A stretch of DNA of 64,000 nt from an uncultured Eubacteriales bacterium. Lineage in GTDB: Bacteria > Bacillota > Clostridia > TANB77 > CAG-508. Below are positions 11,107-21,077 of this stretch, piece after piece. A model generated the notes under the pieces. That model did no database searches, had not been told where the DNA came from, and saw nothing but the letters and a program-made list of their open reading frames with translations. The stretch spans positions 150,978-214,977 of the forward strand of contig CAJKVH010000001.1 of NCBI GenBank assembly GCA_905203305.1, in the 5' to 3' direction. Position 1 is the first letter of the stretch; each line of letters opens with the position of its first letter. The translations under genes and the position numbers were made by a program.

Positions 11107-11184
11107 CCCATTTGGGGACGGAGATTTTAGGGGAATTCCCCTAAAATCTCCGTCCCCAAATGGGAATTTCCGTCCCCAAATGAG
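11107..11184. repeat. GC-rich palindromic repeat, copy B (perfect 58-bp palindrome plus an extra partial arm)
   Basis: 11107-11164 cccatttggggacggagattttaggggaattcccctaaaatctccgtccccaaatggg is exactly self-complementary. 11165-11184 repeats ttccgtccccaaatg. It lies 27 nt upstream of the ATPase ATG. Confidence 0.95.
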
Positions 11185-11187
11185 AAA

Positions 11188-11679
11188 TTAATTTTTATTT
11201 CCTTTAAATATTAATATCTTACTAAACACAAAGTTTAATATAATAACAACGATATTTGATACAACTTTCATTAAAATATCATTTATACTAAACCATACTG
11301 ATGCATTCATCATTAAAATACTAATTATTTCTGTAAAAATTCTGCATCCGAAAAAAGATGCTATTTCTCTTGCAAGTTCTTTTACTCCATTTGTTTTACT
11401 ATTAAATACATACAATTTGTTTGTTACATACGCAAATAGAACACCTGCTATAAATGCAATTATTTCACTTATATTTACTCTTAAAGAGTCATTTTCTATT
11501 CCTTTTAATATTAGAGCAGAAAAAACTGTATATACAAGTATGTTTACTATTGTTGTTAATGCTCCAAATACTAAATATCTCATTCCTTCTTGATGTTTTC
11601 TATACCAATTAGCTAATGATTTTAATCCTATTTTTTCTAAAATTTTTAGGCAAAATTCTTCTACTTTATCTACTATCAT
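11188..11679 (-). CDS. GtrA family membrane protein (polyprenol-sugar flippase-like)
   Basis: 163 aa, 4 TM segments, GtrA-like sequence pattern. Starts 1 nt after the hslO stop. Confidence 0.75.
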   Translation of the reverse strand: MIVDKVEEFCLKILEKIGLKSLANWYRKHQEGMRYLVFGALTTIVNILVYTVFSALILKGIENDSLRVNISEIIAFIAGVLFAYVTNKLYVFNSKTNGVKELAREIASFFGCRIFTEIISILMMNASVWFSINDILMKVVSNIVVIILNFVFSKILIFKGNKN

Positions 11680-11680
11680 C

Positions 11681-12580
11681 TTATTTAGCTCCTTTTTCTA
11701 TTTCTTTTAATTCTTCTAATGAAAAATCATATTTTTTATGGCAAAAATGACACTCAGCTTCTAATTTTCCATCTTCTTCTATTATTTTTGAAATTTCTTC
11801 TTTTCCAAGTGATATTATTCCACTTTCTATTTTTTCTTTGCTACAATTGCATTTATATGTAACATCTAATCCTTCTTCAAGTACTTCTATTTTTTCGTCC
11901 CCTGTTACTATTTTGGCAATTTCTTTCAAAGACATACCTTTATCTAACATTTCTGAAATTGGCTCTGCATTTTTTATTGCATTTTCTATTTTTTTGATTT
12001 CTTCATCTGTTGCATCTGGCATTGGATTTATTATATATCCACCAGCTCTTTTTACACCATCTTTATTTACTAAAACACCTAAAGCTAAAGCTGTTGGCTT
12101 TTGCTCTGATTTTGCAAAAAATTCTGTAAAGTCTTCTGCAATTTCTCCTGAAACAAGAGGAATTAATCCATTGTAATTTCCTTTTGTTAACTCATTTTGT
12201 TTTATTACATTTAAATATCCTTGATGTCCTACTGCTCCTCCCACATCTATTTTTCCATTTGTTTTTAAAGGTAATTCTACATGTGGATTTTGAACATATA
12301 TTCTTACATTAGCCATTTTTTCATTTTCCAAATTACATACAGAAACCATACTTCCAATTGGGCCTGTCCCTTTTATTTGTATTGTTATACTATCTGTTTT
12401 TTCCTTTATTTCTAAATGGGCCATCATTGCTGCAACTGTTATAACTCTTCCTGCAGCCGCTGTTACTGTTGGTGTTAGATCATGTATTTTTCTTATCTCT
12501 TCTACTAATGAAGTTGTATCAATGCACATTACTGATACTTTTTTATTATATGCTAAAAATTTTATTGCTTCATTTTCCAT
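11681..12580 (-). CDS. hslO: Redox-regulated chaperone Hsp33
   Basis: 299 aa with the C-terminal zinc centre CxC...CxxC (YKCNCSKEK ... ECHFCHKKY). Confidence 0.92.
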   Translation of the reverse strand: MENEAIKFLAYNKKVSVMCIDTTSLVEEIRKIHDLTPTVTAAAGRVITVAAMMAHLEIKEKTDSITIQIKGTGPIGSMVSVCNLENEKMANVRIYVQNPHVELPLKTNGKIDVGGAVGHQGYLNVIKQNELTKGNYNGLIPLVSGEIAEDFTEFFAKSEQKPTALALGVLVNKDGVKRAGGYIINPMPDATDEEIKKIENAIKNAEPISEMLDKGMSLKEIAKIVTGDEKIEVLEEGLDVTYKCNCSKEKIESGIISLGKEEISKIIEEDGKLEAECHFCHKKYDFSLEELKEIEKGAK

Positions 12581-12601
12581 TTAACTCTTTCCTTTCTTTT
12601 T

Positions 12602-12659
12602 CCCATCTGGGGACGGAGATTTTCGGGGAATTCCCCTAAAATCTCCGTCCCCAAATGGG
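12602..12659. repeat. GC-rich palindromic repeat, copy C
   Basis: cccatctggggacggagattttcggggaattcccctaaaatctccgtccccaaatggg, 2 mismatches to copy B. 21 nt upstream of the hslO ATG. A TATAAT (12666-12661, minus) abuts its distal end. Confidence 0.9.
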
Positions 12660-12677
12660 AATTATACTCTATTTTGG

Positions 12678-12720
12678 AAAAAAAATCCAGACTTTTTGAG
12701 AATTAGATTCTTAAAAAGTC
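12678..12720 (-). terminator. Rho-independent terminator of spoVG
   Basis: Long stem gactttttgagaat / attcttaaaaagtc, followed on the minus strand by T8 (plus-strand A8 at 12678-12685). Confidence 0.7.
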
Positions 12721-12742
12721 CGAATTTTTATTATACTTAATA

Positions 12743-13015
12743 TTATTCAGCTGTTTCTTCTGTTTCAGGAGCATTGTAAGCCTCTAATATAGCATTTTGA
12801 ATTTTTTCCCTTGTTTCTGGGTTGATTGGATGAGCTATATCTTTGAATTCTCCTGTTGGAGTTTTTTTGCTAGGCATAGCAATAAATAATCCATTTTGGC
12901 TTTCGATAACTTTGATATCATGAATTACAAATTCGTTATCAAATGTTACAGAAGCAACTGCCTTCATTCTGTTTTCTGAATTTACCTTTCTTAAACGTAC
13001 ATCTGTTATTTGCAT
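12743..13015 (-). CDS. spoVG: Septation/regulatory protein SpoVG
   Basis: [11 protein letters not shown]...FIAMPS typical SpoVG sequence. The ATG at 13015 is preceded by an AGAGGTG RBS. The track start at 13024 is a GTG inside the RBS. Confidence 0.93.
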   Translation of the reverse strand: MQITDVRLRKVNSENRMKAVASVTFDNEFVIHDIKVIESQNGLFIAMPSKKTPTGEFKDIAHPINPETREKIQNAILEAYNAPETEETAE

Positions 13016-13085
13016 TTTAAGCACCTCTTTCTTTAAGTTAATATTGTTTTGTACATATTCTTTTGTTTTTATGTACTAATTATAT

Positions 13086-13113
13086 ATTCTTCAAAAAATT
13101 TTTTTTTCCTTCT
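13086..13113 (-). promoter_or_regulatory. Possible sigmaH-type promoter upstream of spoVG
   Basis: Minus strand AGGA(A9)(T6)GAAGAAT. The AGGA...GAAT spacing is within 1 nt of the B. subtilis sigmaH consensus, and spoVG is sigmaH-dependent in B. subtilis. Confidence 0.35.
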
Positions 13114-13136
13114 TTTTTTTACAATTTTTTTATTAA

Positions 13137-14426
13137 TTATTTTTTGCATCTATCCATTAATGTTTCAAATACTTCTTTTCCATTCTTATTTAAGTTAATT
13201 TTATCTACTTCAATGTCTTTTTTATCATCATTATACCAAAGTATCACAATTTGATTTTTATTTTCTGAACTCCATGTAATTTGTGTTTGATGTCTATTAT
13301 ACATAAACATCATTAAATATTCTTCTTTTGGTACAACTGATAAATCTCTATTACACCACTCAGTATATGTTGTTTTATTGTCTATACTATCAATATTATT
13401 GTTTATCTCTCCTATAAACCAATTTAATAATAATGTACTATATTTAATTTCTTTTGCTTCTTCTTTGTTCTCATATTTTCTAAATATTACTTCTACTTTT
13501 TTTCCAGAATTATTCACCTCTGTGAAATGTTTTTTTATGCTTGTTAAGATGTCATCTTTAGTTGGCTCTTTTTCTGTATTTTTATCAGTAGTATTATTAT
13601 CTTCTTGTTTTTCATCTTCTCCTAATCCATAATCATACTCATTATAATTTATTTCATTTTCTTTTATCTTTTTATATTCAATATTATCACTATCTACTAA
13701 GCAATATTTAGCATATGTATAATTTTCATTAATTTTAAATTTCATTGTTGTTTCATATGCAGCTAATTTATCAACATTTCCAAGTGTATAATTTTCTTCT
13801 GTTGGATAACAATATGTAAATTTTGCCTCATAAGTTCCATCGCCATTATATTTTAAATCTTCAATTTCTAAGCATGCACCATTTTCTTTATAATCTCCAA
13901 GTGCATTTTCATATACCTTTTTTGAACTATCATAATACACAGCGCCATCTCTTGGAATATCTAATACTCCTGTATATTCTTCTCCGCAAAATTCTTTTAT
14001 AGCTTTATTTATTTTTTCAACTGTATATCCTATTTCTTTTCCTTCTTTTTCTTCTTTAGAATAAATCATTTCCATTGCAATTTCAACTTTCATACATTTA
14101 TCCCATTCATCTTTTGTTGCATAACTTGCTCCTGCAAAAACATCTTCATAAGAATTTAAAAGAGCATAAGTTCCTAAAACTTTTTTTAATTCTTCTTTTG
14201 ATATTTTATTAATTGGATCTTCATCTGTTGTTTTCTCTTCTTGAATTTCATTTTCTTCTACAATATTTTCTTCAATAGTTTCATTTTTTTCTTCTTTTTT
14301 CTCTACCATATTTTTAACTAAATTAATAACATTTCCATATCCTTTTAAACTTGCATAAACATTTGCTCCACAAAATAGAACCAAAATCACACATACTATA
14401 ATTATTAATACTTTTTTATTTTTCAT
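13137..14426 (-). CDS. Hypothetical membrane-anchored protein (429 aa)
   Basis: N-terminal TM/signal anchor, acidic linker, no motif I recognise. AGGGGGAT RBS. Last gene of the packed unit. Confidence 0.6.
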   Translation of the reverse strand: MKNKKVLIIIVCVILVLFCGANVYASLKGYGNVINLVKNMVEKKEEKNETIEENIVEENEIQEEKTTDEDPINKISKEELKKVLGTYALLNSYEDVFAGASYATKDEWDKCMKVEIAMEMIYSKEEKEGKEIGYTVEKINKAIKEFCGEEYTGVLDIPRDGAVYYDSSKKVYENALGDYKENGACLEIEDLKYNGDGTYEAKFTYCYPTEENYTLGNVDKLAAYETTMKFKINENYTYAKYCLVDSDNIEYKKIKENEINYNEYDYGLGEDEKQEDNNTTDKNTEKEPTKDDILTSIKKHFTEVNNSGKKVEVIFRKYENKEEAKEIKYSTLLLNWFIGEINNNIDSIDNKTTYTEWCNRDLSVVPKEEYLMMFMYNRHQTQITWSSENKNQIVILWYNDDKKDIEVDKINLNKNGKEVFETLMDRCKK

Positions 14427-14453
14427 ATTTTATCCCCCTAAATCATTAAAAGT

Positions 14454-15179
14454 TTAATTCAATATTTCTTTTAATACTTCTTCTTGATTTATTTTTCCTT
14501 CTTTATTTTCGCTAATAATAAACATATCTTTATCTTCTGATTCAAAATATTCATAGTCTGTATATGGATCCATTTCTTCAAATGGGTATTCTTGAATCTC
14601 TCCTGTCACATCATCTACAACATAAGAGATTGAGCTAATATTTAATATATGCAATTTTTTTTCTTTTAACATTTCTAAAATATTTCTATCGTAGTCATTC
14701 ATTCTCCAGCATTCTTTTTGATTTAAAAAACCTTCATCATCTACTGAATATGTTGCATTTGCTATTTCTTTTAATAATTCTAAAATTTTTTCTCTTGAAT
14801 TTTCTGCTATCCATATTCCTGTATGAGTCGGTGCATTTTTTAAAATTTCATCTATTTCTGACATTTCTGGCTTTTGCCCTTTCAGCATACCTGCCAATGC
14901 TACTTTATATTTTATGTTTGATTTTACAACTACAACTTCTCGACCATCATACTCTTTTTCAATTTCATAAATGTTTTCATTTGCTTTAAATCCCTGATTT
15001 TCAACTATATCTAGTATTTTTTCTTTTTCTTGTTCATCTGTAATATCTTCTTCTGTATAATCTATTAGAAGTGATGAAATTTTTTCACCATTCTCAATTC
15101 TTATTGATTTTCCAATTATAATGAAAATTGTTATTATAATTATAACAATTGACACACATATAATTATATTTTTATTCAT
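14454..15179 (-). CDS. Hypothetical membrane-anchored protein (241 aa)
   Basis: The ATG at 15179 (MNKNIIICVSIVIII...) has a GGAG RBS and starts 1 nt after the upstream stop. The track N-terminal extension overlaps the previous gene. Confidence 0.6.
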   Translation of the reverse strand: MNKNIIICVSIVIIIITIFIIIGKSIRIENGEKISSLLIDYTEEDITDEQEKEKILDIVENQGFKANENIYEIEKEYDGREVVVVKSNIKYKVALAGMLKGQKPEMSEIDEILKNAPTHTGIWIAENSREKILELLKEIANATYSVDDEGFLNQKECWRMNDYDRNILEMLKEKKLHILNISSISYVVDDVTGEIQEYPFEEMDPYTDYEYFESEDKDMFIISENKEGKINQEEVLKEILN

Positions 15180-15180
15180 T

Positions 15181-17385
15181 CTATTCTCCATATTTTTTAT
15201 AGCTAATATCCATGTCCACATTTCCATTTATTCCATTAATATACCCTTTACTTGTATATTGCCACATAGTATATGCACCTGTATAATCTGATGTGTTATC
15301 TGGTGCTCCAGTTATTCCATAATGTGCAAGCCATACATCATATCCTTTTAATTCTGACATATTTAAATGATTTATTAGCCAATCTTTACTTGCATAAATT
15401 ATCGGAATTTGTCCTGCATCTTTTATTGTTTCAACAAAACCTTTTATTGCCTCTGTTCTATTTTCTACAGATATTGAGTCAGCTCTTCCTGTATGTTTTT
15501 CATTTGCCCATTCAGTATCAATAGCTATTGGATATACTACCTTACTATAATTTTTTGATTTTATTTCTTCTAATACCCATCTTGCTTCTTCAATTCCCTC
15601 ATTTCTATTCATTGCCTGTGAGAAGAAATATACTCCACATTTTATACCATTGTTTATACACCCATTTATGTTATCTGAACTATGTGCATCTGAAACTATT
15701 TTTCCTGTTCCATATCCTCTAAATCCAATTCTTACCATTGCAAAATCAACGTTATTTTGTTTTACATTAGACCAGTTTATTCTTCCTTGATGACTTGATA
15801 CATCTATTCCGTATTTTCTATCCTTATAATATGTAAAATTTTTCTTAGCTGATGCTAAAACGTTATTTTCACTTGAATCATATAGTTTAGCTATTATTGT
15901 ATGGTTTCCTGAATTTAAATCAGATATATCTGCTTTTCCATAATATCCAGGAGTTGGATTTATATCAGAATTTCCATAATTTGCTCTTATTGATGTACTA
16001 GTTGTTTGATTTTCTGAAAAAACATCATTTCTTTCTTTTCTAGATACTGAAACTAATTTTGAATCAACATATAATTTCAATACTGTATCTTTATATTCTG
16101 AAAGTGCATAACCTGATATTTCTATATCTTTGTTTGTTATTATACTTCTTTTAGGTTCTTCTATTTCTACTTTACTATGTTTTATTCTTGGAACTATTCT
16201 AATTTGAATTCCTTCTAATCTTTTCGACTCTCCAACTGTTCCTGCAATTTCTCCATCAGATACCCAATTTAGCCATCCATAATCTTCAACCTGAGCTCTA
16301 TATTGTACTGAATAATTATCTACATTTTGTAATTGAATTCTAAGTGCTTCTAGTCTCTTTGATTCTCCAACTGTTCCAGCATATTCTCCTTCTTTTACAT
16401 AGTTCTGCCATCCATAACCTTGACCATGTGCTTGATAAATAATCTTTGCACCTTCTGGAGCATTTACTAGTTGTATTTTTATTCCTTCTAATCTCCTTGA
16501 TTCACCATTAGTTCCTGCAAGTTTCCCATCAGATACCCAGTTTTGCCATCCATAATCTTGACCTTGGCCTTGATATCTTATTGAAATTGGATTTTTTTGT
16601 TTTTTTACAATTCTTATTTCTATTCCTTCTATTCTTCTACTTTGGCCTGTAGTTCCTGCAATTTCCCCTTCAGATACCCAGTTTTGCCATCCATAATCTT
16701 GACCTTGAGCTCTATATTCTACTGTATAATCATCTAATTTTTCTAATTTTATTTGAATTGCTTCTATTCTTCTTGATTCACCAACAGTTCCTCCAAGCTC
16801 ACCATCATATTTCCAATCTTGCCAGCCATAATCTTGTCCATGTATTCTATATAGAATTTTTGCACCTTCTGGAGCATTTACTAATTTTATTTTTATTCCT
16901 TCTAATCTTCGTGATTCACCATCAGTTCCTGCTAATTCTCCATTTGATTTCCAATCTTGCCATCCATAACCTTCTCCGTGACCTTGATATTTAACACCTA
17001 TATCATCACTTAATTTGCTTTCCACAGACACATAATTATCAATGTTACTTTTAGTATCATATGTTAAAGCTTCATTTTCCACAATATTATATGCTTCATC
17101 TTGTACTGTGCTTTCATTTTTTTCTATTATATTTGTATTATTTTCTGATTTTATATTTTCATCATCTTTTATTTCTTCTTTTGTTACTTCATTTTTTTCC
17201 TCGTCATTTTCTGTTGTAGAATTTTCCTCTATATTTTCATTTTCTACTTTTTCTGTATTTTCTGTATTTTCTACATTTTCATTTAAGTTACTAATTTCAT
17301 TAACAGCCATGCATACTGTACTAGTCATAAAATTAATCATAAAAATAATTGTAAATAATATTACTAAAGTTCTTCTTGTTTTCAT
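15181..17385 (-). CDS. Secreted ChW-repeat protein with C-terminal GH25 muramidase (lysozyme) domain
   Basis: Signal peptide. Six ChW units (Y.xQGQDYGWQNWVxxGExAGTxGxSRRxEGIxIxL). C-terminal GIDVSSHQGRINWSNVKQNNVDFAMVRIG...AIDTEW. Confidence 0.85.
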   Translation of the reverse strand: MKTRRTLVILFTIIFMINFMTSTVCMAVNEISNLNENVENTENTEKVENENIEENSTTENDEEKNEVTKEEIKDDENIKSENNTNIIEKNESTVQDEAYNIVENEALTYDTKSNIDNYVSVESKLSDDIGVKYQGHGEGYGWQDWKSNGELAGTDGESRRLEGIKIKLVNAPEGAKILYRIHGQDYGWQDWKYDGELGGTVGESRRIEAIQIKLEKLDDYTVEYRAQGQDYGWQNWVSEGEIAGTTGQSRRIEGIEIRIVKKQKNPISIRYQGQGQDYGWQNWVSDGKLAGTNGESRRLEGIKIQLVNAPEGAKIIYQAHGQGYGWQNYVKEGEYAGTVGESKRLEALRIQLQNVDNYSVQYRAQVEDYGWLNWVSDGEIAGTVGESKRLEGIQIRIVPRIKHSKVEIEEPKRSIITNKDIEISGYALSEYKDTVLKLYVDSKLVSVSRKERNDVFSENQTTSTSIRANYGNSDINPTPGYYGKADISDLNSGNHTIIAKLYDSSENNVLASAKKNFTYYKDRKYGIDVSSHQGRINWSNVKQNNVDFAMVRIGFRGYGTGKIVSDAHSSDNINGCINNGIKCGVYFFSQAMNRNEGIEEARWVLEEIKSKNYSKVVYPIAIDTEWANEKHTGRADSISVENRTEAIKGFVETIKDAGQIPIIYASKDWLINHLNMSELKGYDVWLAHYGITGAPDNTSDYTGAYTMWQYTSKGYINGINGNVDMDISYKKYGE
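16194..16998 (-). repeat. Array of 6 ChW (clostridial hydrophobic W) repeat units, organised as 2 x 3
   Basis: Repeats are visible at DNA level, e.g. ccagttttgccatccataatcttgaccttg occurs twice (about 16541 and 16681). Confidence 0.8.
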
Positions 17386-17399
17386 GACTTCCTCCTTTT

Positions 17400-19850
17400 T
17401 TACAATCCCCTTAACATATCAATTGTAGCATTTATATATCTTGTTCCATCAGAATTATACTCTGGTAATTCTATCAATGCAGATCTTGCAGTTCTGCCAT
17501 TGCTTCCTAAATTGCTTCTTGCCCAATTTACTAAATATCCCTGTCCATAAGTTGAAATATGCTTATTTATTCCATATTTAGAACGATAATATGAACCTAT
17601 TTCATCATCTCCAATTGTCTCGTTTAACCATCCATGCAAATCAACTAAAATAGTATTTCCATCTTTTGACCTTTTGTTTAATAAGAAATCTCTTAAAGCT
17701 TGTGCTTCATAACTTTGAAAAGGTGCTGTTCCATTATAGTTTCTTTTTGTTTTATTTTTAGTAAAACCTGTACTCCATCCTCTATTTATATCTATTCCTT
17801 TTCTTTCTGGAGCTTCTGAATATAGAGTTGTTCTTCCTGGTCCATTGTTTGTATATCCATGATATTCTCCATCCGGATTTACTGATGGAAATATATAAAT
17901 TGTCCATTTGTCTGCCAATTCTTCATCTTGTCTTGCTAACAAATTGTTTTTAAATTCTTCTGCAATTTTTGTAAGCTCTTGTCCATCATGATCCCATAAA
18001 TCTTCAAAACCATGTACAGCAAAAGTCGCAAAAAATACATTTGGTCCATCACCAATTCTGTAATACCTTAATGAACTTCCTCTTGAATCACCTTTTTTCG
18101 ATAATCCACTTGATCCATAAGTACCTTCTTGATAAGTTATTTCTTTTCTCACATTTACTGTTACCGTTTTTTCTCTTAATTTAGTTCCATCTTTTTTATA
18201 CAATTTTGCAGTTATAGAATGGTTACCTGTATTATATTTTGAAAAATCAACATCTGCCTTAAATCCTGGATTAGGATTTTTTTCCTCTCCTCCATATCCC
18301 TTTTGTGAATCTAAAACATCTTGTCTTTTTTCTCTATCTATATTTACTTTTTTCCCATCTACAAATAATTCTATATAAGAATCATCTGTATTATCCATTG
18401 ACCATCCTTTTATTTCAATCTTTTCTTTTTTTATATTGCAATTATCTGAAATTGAGCTAAATTCTAGTTTGCTTCTTATTTCTGTAACTTTAGGAATTAA
18501 TCTTATTCTTAAAGCTTCCATTTGTATGCTTTGCCCTACTGTTCCTGAAATTTCTCCATCTAATGCCCAGCCTTGCCAACCTTTGGATTTTACATATGCA
18601 TTATACTCAACAGAGTATTTTTCCATATTTTTCAATTTGATTCTTATTCCTTCTATTCTCTTACTTTTTCCTGTTGTTCCACCCAAACTTCCATCTTCTA
18701 TCCAGTTTTGCCATCCATAACTTTGGCCTTGCACTTGATATAATATTGATGCATCTTTAGGGGCATTTTCTAATTTTATTTTTATACCTTCTAATCTCTT
18801 ATTTTGTAATCCTGCTATTATTCCACTATATTGTTCAGGTTGCCAGCCATAATCTTCTCCATGTGCTTGGTAAACAATTTTTATATTTTTATCTCTTTTA
18901 GGAATAATTCTCATTTCAATAGCCTCTAGTCTCTTTCCTATTCCATCAGTTCCTGCAATTTCTCCATCAACTACCCAATCTAACCATCCATAGTCTTCTA
19001 TGCTTGCCCTATATTCAACCGAGTAATCGTCCATATTTTCTAGCTTTATTCTTATTCCTTCCATTCTTTTACTTTCACCATCAGTACCACCTAGCATTCC
19101 ATCTTCTTTCCAAGATTGCCATCCATAACCTTGCCCTTGTACTCTATATAGCACTTTAGCGTTTTTGGGTGCATTTATAAGTTCTATTTTTATTCCTTCT
19201 AAAGCTTTACTTCTCCCAACTGTTCCTGCAGTTGAACCATTTGATTTCCAAGATTGCCAACCATAACTTTGCCCTTGTCCTTGATAAGCTATTTGAACTT
19301 TGCTTTCTGAATTATCCATTTCTTGGGTCTCATTTTCTTTTTTTACAATTTTTATCTGGATTGCTTCCATTTTCAAATTTTTTCCAACAGTTCCTGCAAT
19401 TTCGCCGTTTTTAACCCAGTTAAGCCATCCAAAATTTTCGACATTTACTCTATATACAACAGAATATTCTTTTTCATCACTTAGTTTGATTTTTATTGCT
19501 TCTGCTCTTTTTGATTGCCCATCAGTTCCACCAAGTTCTCCTTCATTGACCCAACTTTGCCAGCCATAGCTTTGACCTTGCACTTGATATTTTACAGTTA
19601 AATTATCTGGCACATTTTCTAATTTTATTTTTATTCCTTCTATTCTCTTATTTTCTCCAACAGTTCCTCCAATTTGTCCATCTTTTTTCATGCTCTGCCA
19701 ACCGTAGTCTTGTCCTTGTACCTGATACTCAACACTTGCAATTTTATCCTCTTTAGTTTCATTTGAACCAAAAGAATTAGGCACTCCAGCAAATATTATA
19801 ATTCCAACTACAATTATAATTTTAAATATTTTTTCTTTTACTTTATTCAT
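17400..19850 (-). CDS. Secreted ChW-repeat protein with C-terminal M14-like zinc carboxypeptidase domain
   Basis: Signal peptide and nine ChW units. C-terminal motifs HGFE (HxxE), NPDG, DINRGW and DLHGW resemble M14 peptidases. Confidence 0.72.
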   Translation of the reverse strand: MNKVKEKIFKIIIVVGIIIFAGVPNSFGSNETKEDKIASVEYQVQGQDYGWQSMKKDGQIGGTVGENKRIEGIKIKLENVPDNLTVKYQVQGQSYGWQSWVNEGELGGTDGQSKRAEAIKIKLSDEKEYSVVYRVNVENFGWLNWVKNGEIAGTVGKNLKMEAIQIKIVKKENETQEMDNSESKVQIAYQGQGQSYGWQSWKSNGSTAGTVGRSKALEGIKIELINAPKNAKVLYRVQGQGYGWQSWKEDGMLGGTDGESKRMEGIRIKLENMDDYSVEYRASIEDYGWLDWVVDGEIAGTDGIGKRLEAIEMRIIPKRDKNIKIVYQAHGEDYGWQPEQYSGIIAGLQNKRLEGIKIKLENAPKDASILYQVQGQSYGWQNWIEDGSLGGTTGKSKRIEGIRIKLKNMEKYSVEYNAYVKSKGWQGWALDGEISGTVGQSIQMEALRIRLIPKVTEIRSKLEFSSISDNCNIKKEKIEIKGWSMDNTDDSYIELFVDGKKVNIDREKRQDVLDSQKGYGGEEKNPNPGFKADVDFSKYNTGNHSITAKLYKKDGTKLREKTVTVNVRKEITYQEGTYGSSGLSKKGDSRGSSLRYYRIGDGPNVFFATFAVHGFEDLWDHDGQELTKIAEEFKNNLLARQDEELADKWTIYIFPSVNPDGEYHGYTNNGPGRTTLYSEAPERKGIDINRGWSTGFTKNKTKRNYNGTAPFQSYEAQALRDFLLNKRSKDGNTILVDLHGWLNETIGDDEIGSYYRSKYGINKHISTYGQGYLVNWARSNLGSNGRTARSALIELPEYNSDGTRYINATIDMLRGL
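18509..19733 (-). repeat. Array of 9 ChW repeat units, organised as 3 x 3
   Basis: Nine GW(Q/L)xW-centred units of about 45 aa. Every third unit is the YR..(V/I)ExxGWLxW ... IRI(V/I)P variant. Confidence 0.8.
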
Positions 19851-21075
19851 TTGATAAATCCCCTTTATAGTTTAATACATTTATTTCTTTATGTAAATGT
19901 AAACTTATTCCAATTACAACTATAAACTGTAAAATTGTTGCCAATTTAATATCTATAAACTCTGCTCCGAATAGATATCTTATATATACAGAAAAAGAAT
20001 TCAAATTAATTATAATTGAAAATAATAAAGTTTTTTTATTTCTATATATCAAAAATAATATAACACTTAATATATCTGCTACAAACATATATCTATCATG
20101 CATATTTGGCATAAAGAATGTTGCTATAACAACAGACCAAAGTCCTATTTCTATAATATTTTCTTTTGATAATTTAACCTTTTTATATATTAAGTAAAAA
20201 GCCATAATCGCATATATTGTAATAGTTATTATTATTCCAATTTTAGCGACATCAATATTATCTATTTTTAATGCTTCTGACTTTTCTGTTATTTTACAAA
20301 ATATATTATACATACTTGGAAAATTATTGCTTGTAAATCCCGAATATGAACCTGTTTGTCTTACATATATCATAAGCACATCTCTTATTGATCTTCCCAT
20401 TATAACTGATGGTAAACACATTATAAAATTTACAATTGGTAAAATTCCAAAATAATATAATGGAAATTTTCTTTTATTTATCCAAATTAATATATATAAT
20501 GGTAATATAAACATAAATTGCAATTTGAATGCAAATGCTATTCCTAAAAATATTAATGAACGTATATATTTTTCATCAATTAAAAATATTAGTGATATTA
20601 CTATAAAGCTTGCATATATACTGTCACATTGAGCCCAACAAGCACCATTTAATAACATTGTTGGTAAAAATAATAAAGCTGAATATGTTATTAGACTTAA
20701 TATTCCCTTTTGCTTTGTTATTTTTTTTACCAAAACTACTCCTGATATTGCTAAAATGAAATCAAATATAATCGAAAATATTTTTATACAATATAATGCA
20801 CTTACTTTTAGATATGTAAATAGAGTAAGTATAATTATATATGGACAATTATAGTCTCCTATAGCTTTATTTAAAGAATGGATTCTTCCATTTTCTATTA
20901 TAAAATCATACCATTGTTTTAAAAAACCTGTATAATCCCATGTTTCAAAATCTAGCATTGAAAATCTTGTCCATAAAGCAAATATTGTTACAATTACAAA
21001 TCCAATTTGTATTATATGATTTCTTATAAATTCATATATTTTATTTTCAAACTCAATACATTTTTTACTAAACAT
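19843..21075 (-). CDS. Polytopic membrane protein, probable GT-C-type glycosyltransferase
   Basis: 410 aa, more than 10 TM segments, GGAG RBS. Its 8-nt overlap with the downstream ChW gene suggests coupling. Family assignment is by architecture only. Confidence 0.45.
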   Translation of the reverse strand: MFSKKCIEFENKIYEFIRNHIIQIGFVIVTIFALWTRFSMLDFETWDYTGFLKQWYDFIIENGRIHSLNKAIGDYNCPYIIILTLFTYLKVSALYCIKIFSIIFDFILAISGVVLVKKITKQKGILSLITYSALLFLPTMLLNGACWAQCDSIYASFIVISLIFLIDEKYIRSLIFLGIAFAFKLQFMFILPLYILIWINKRKFPLYYFGILPIVNFIMCLPSVIMGRSIRDVLMIYVRQTGSYSGFTSNNFPSMYNIFCKITEKSEALKIDNIDVAKIGIIITITIYAIMAFYLIYKKVKLSKENIIEIGLWSVVIATFFMPNMHDRYMFVADILSVILFLIYRNKKTLLFSIIINLNSFSVYIRYLFGAEFIDIKLATILQFIVVIGISLHLHKEINVLNYKGDLSNE

Positions 21076-21077
21076 AC

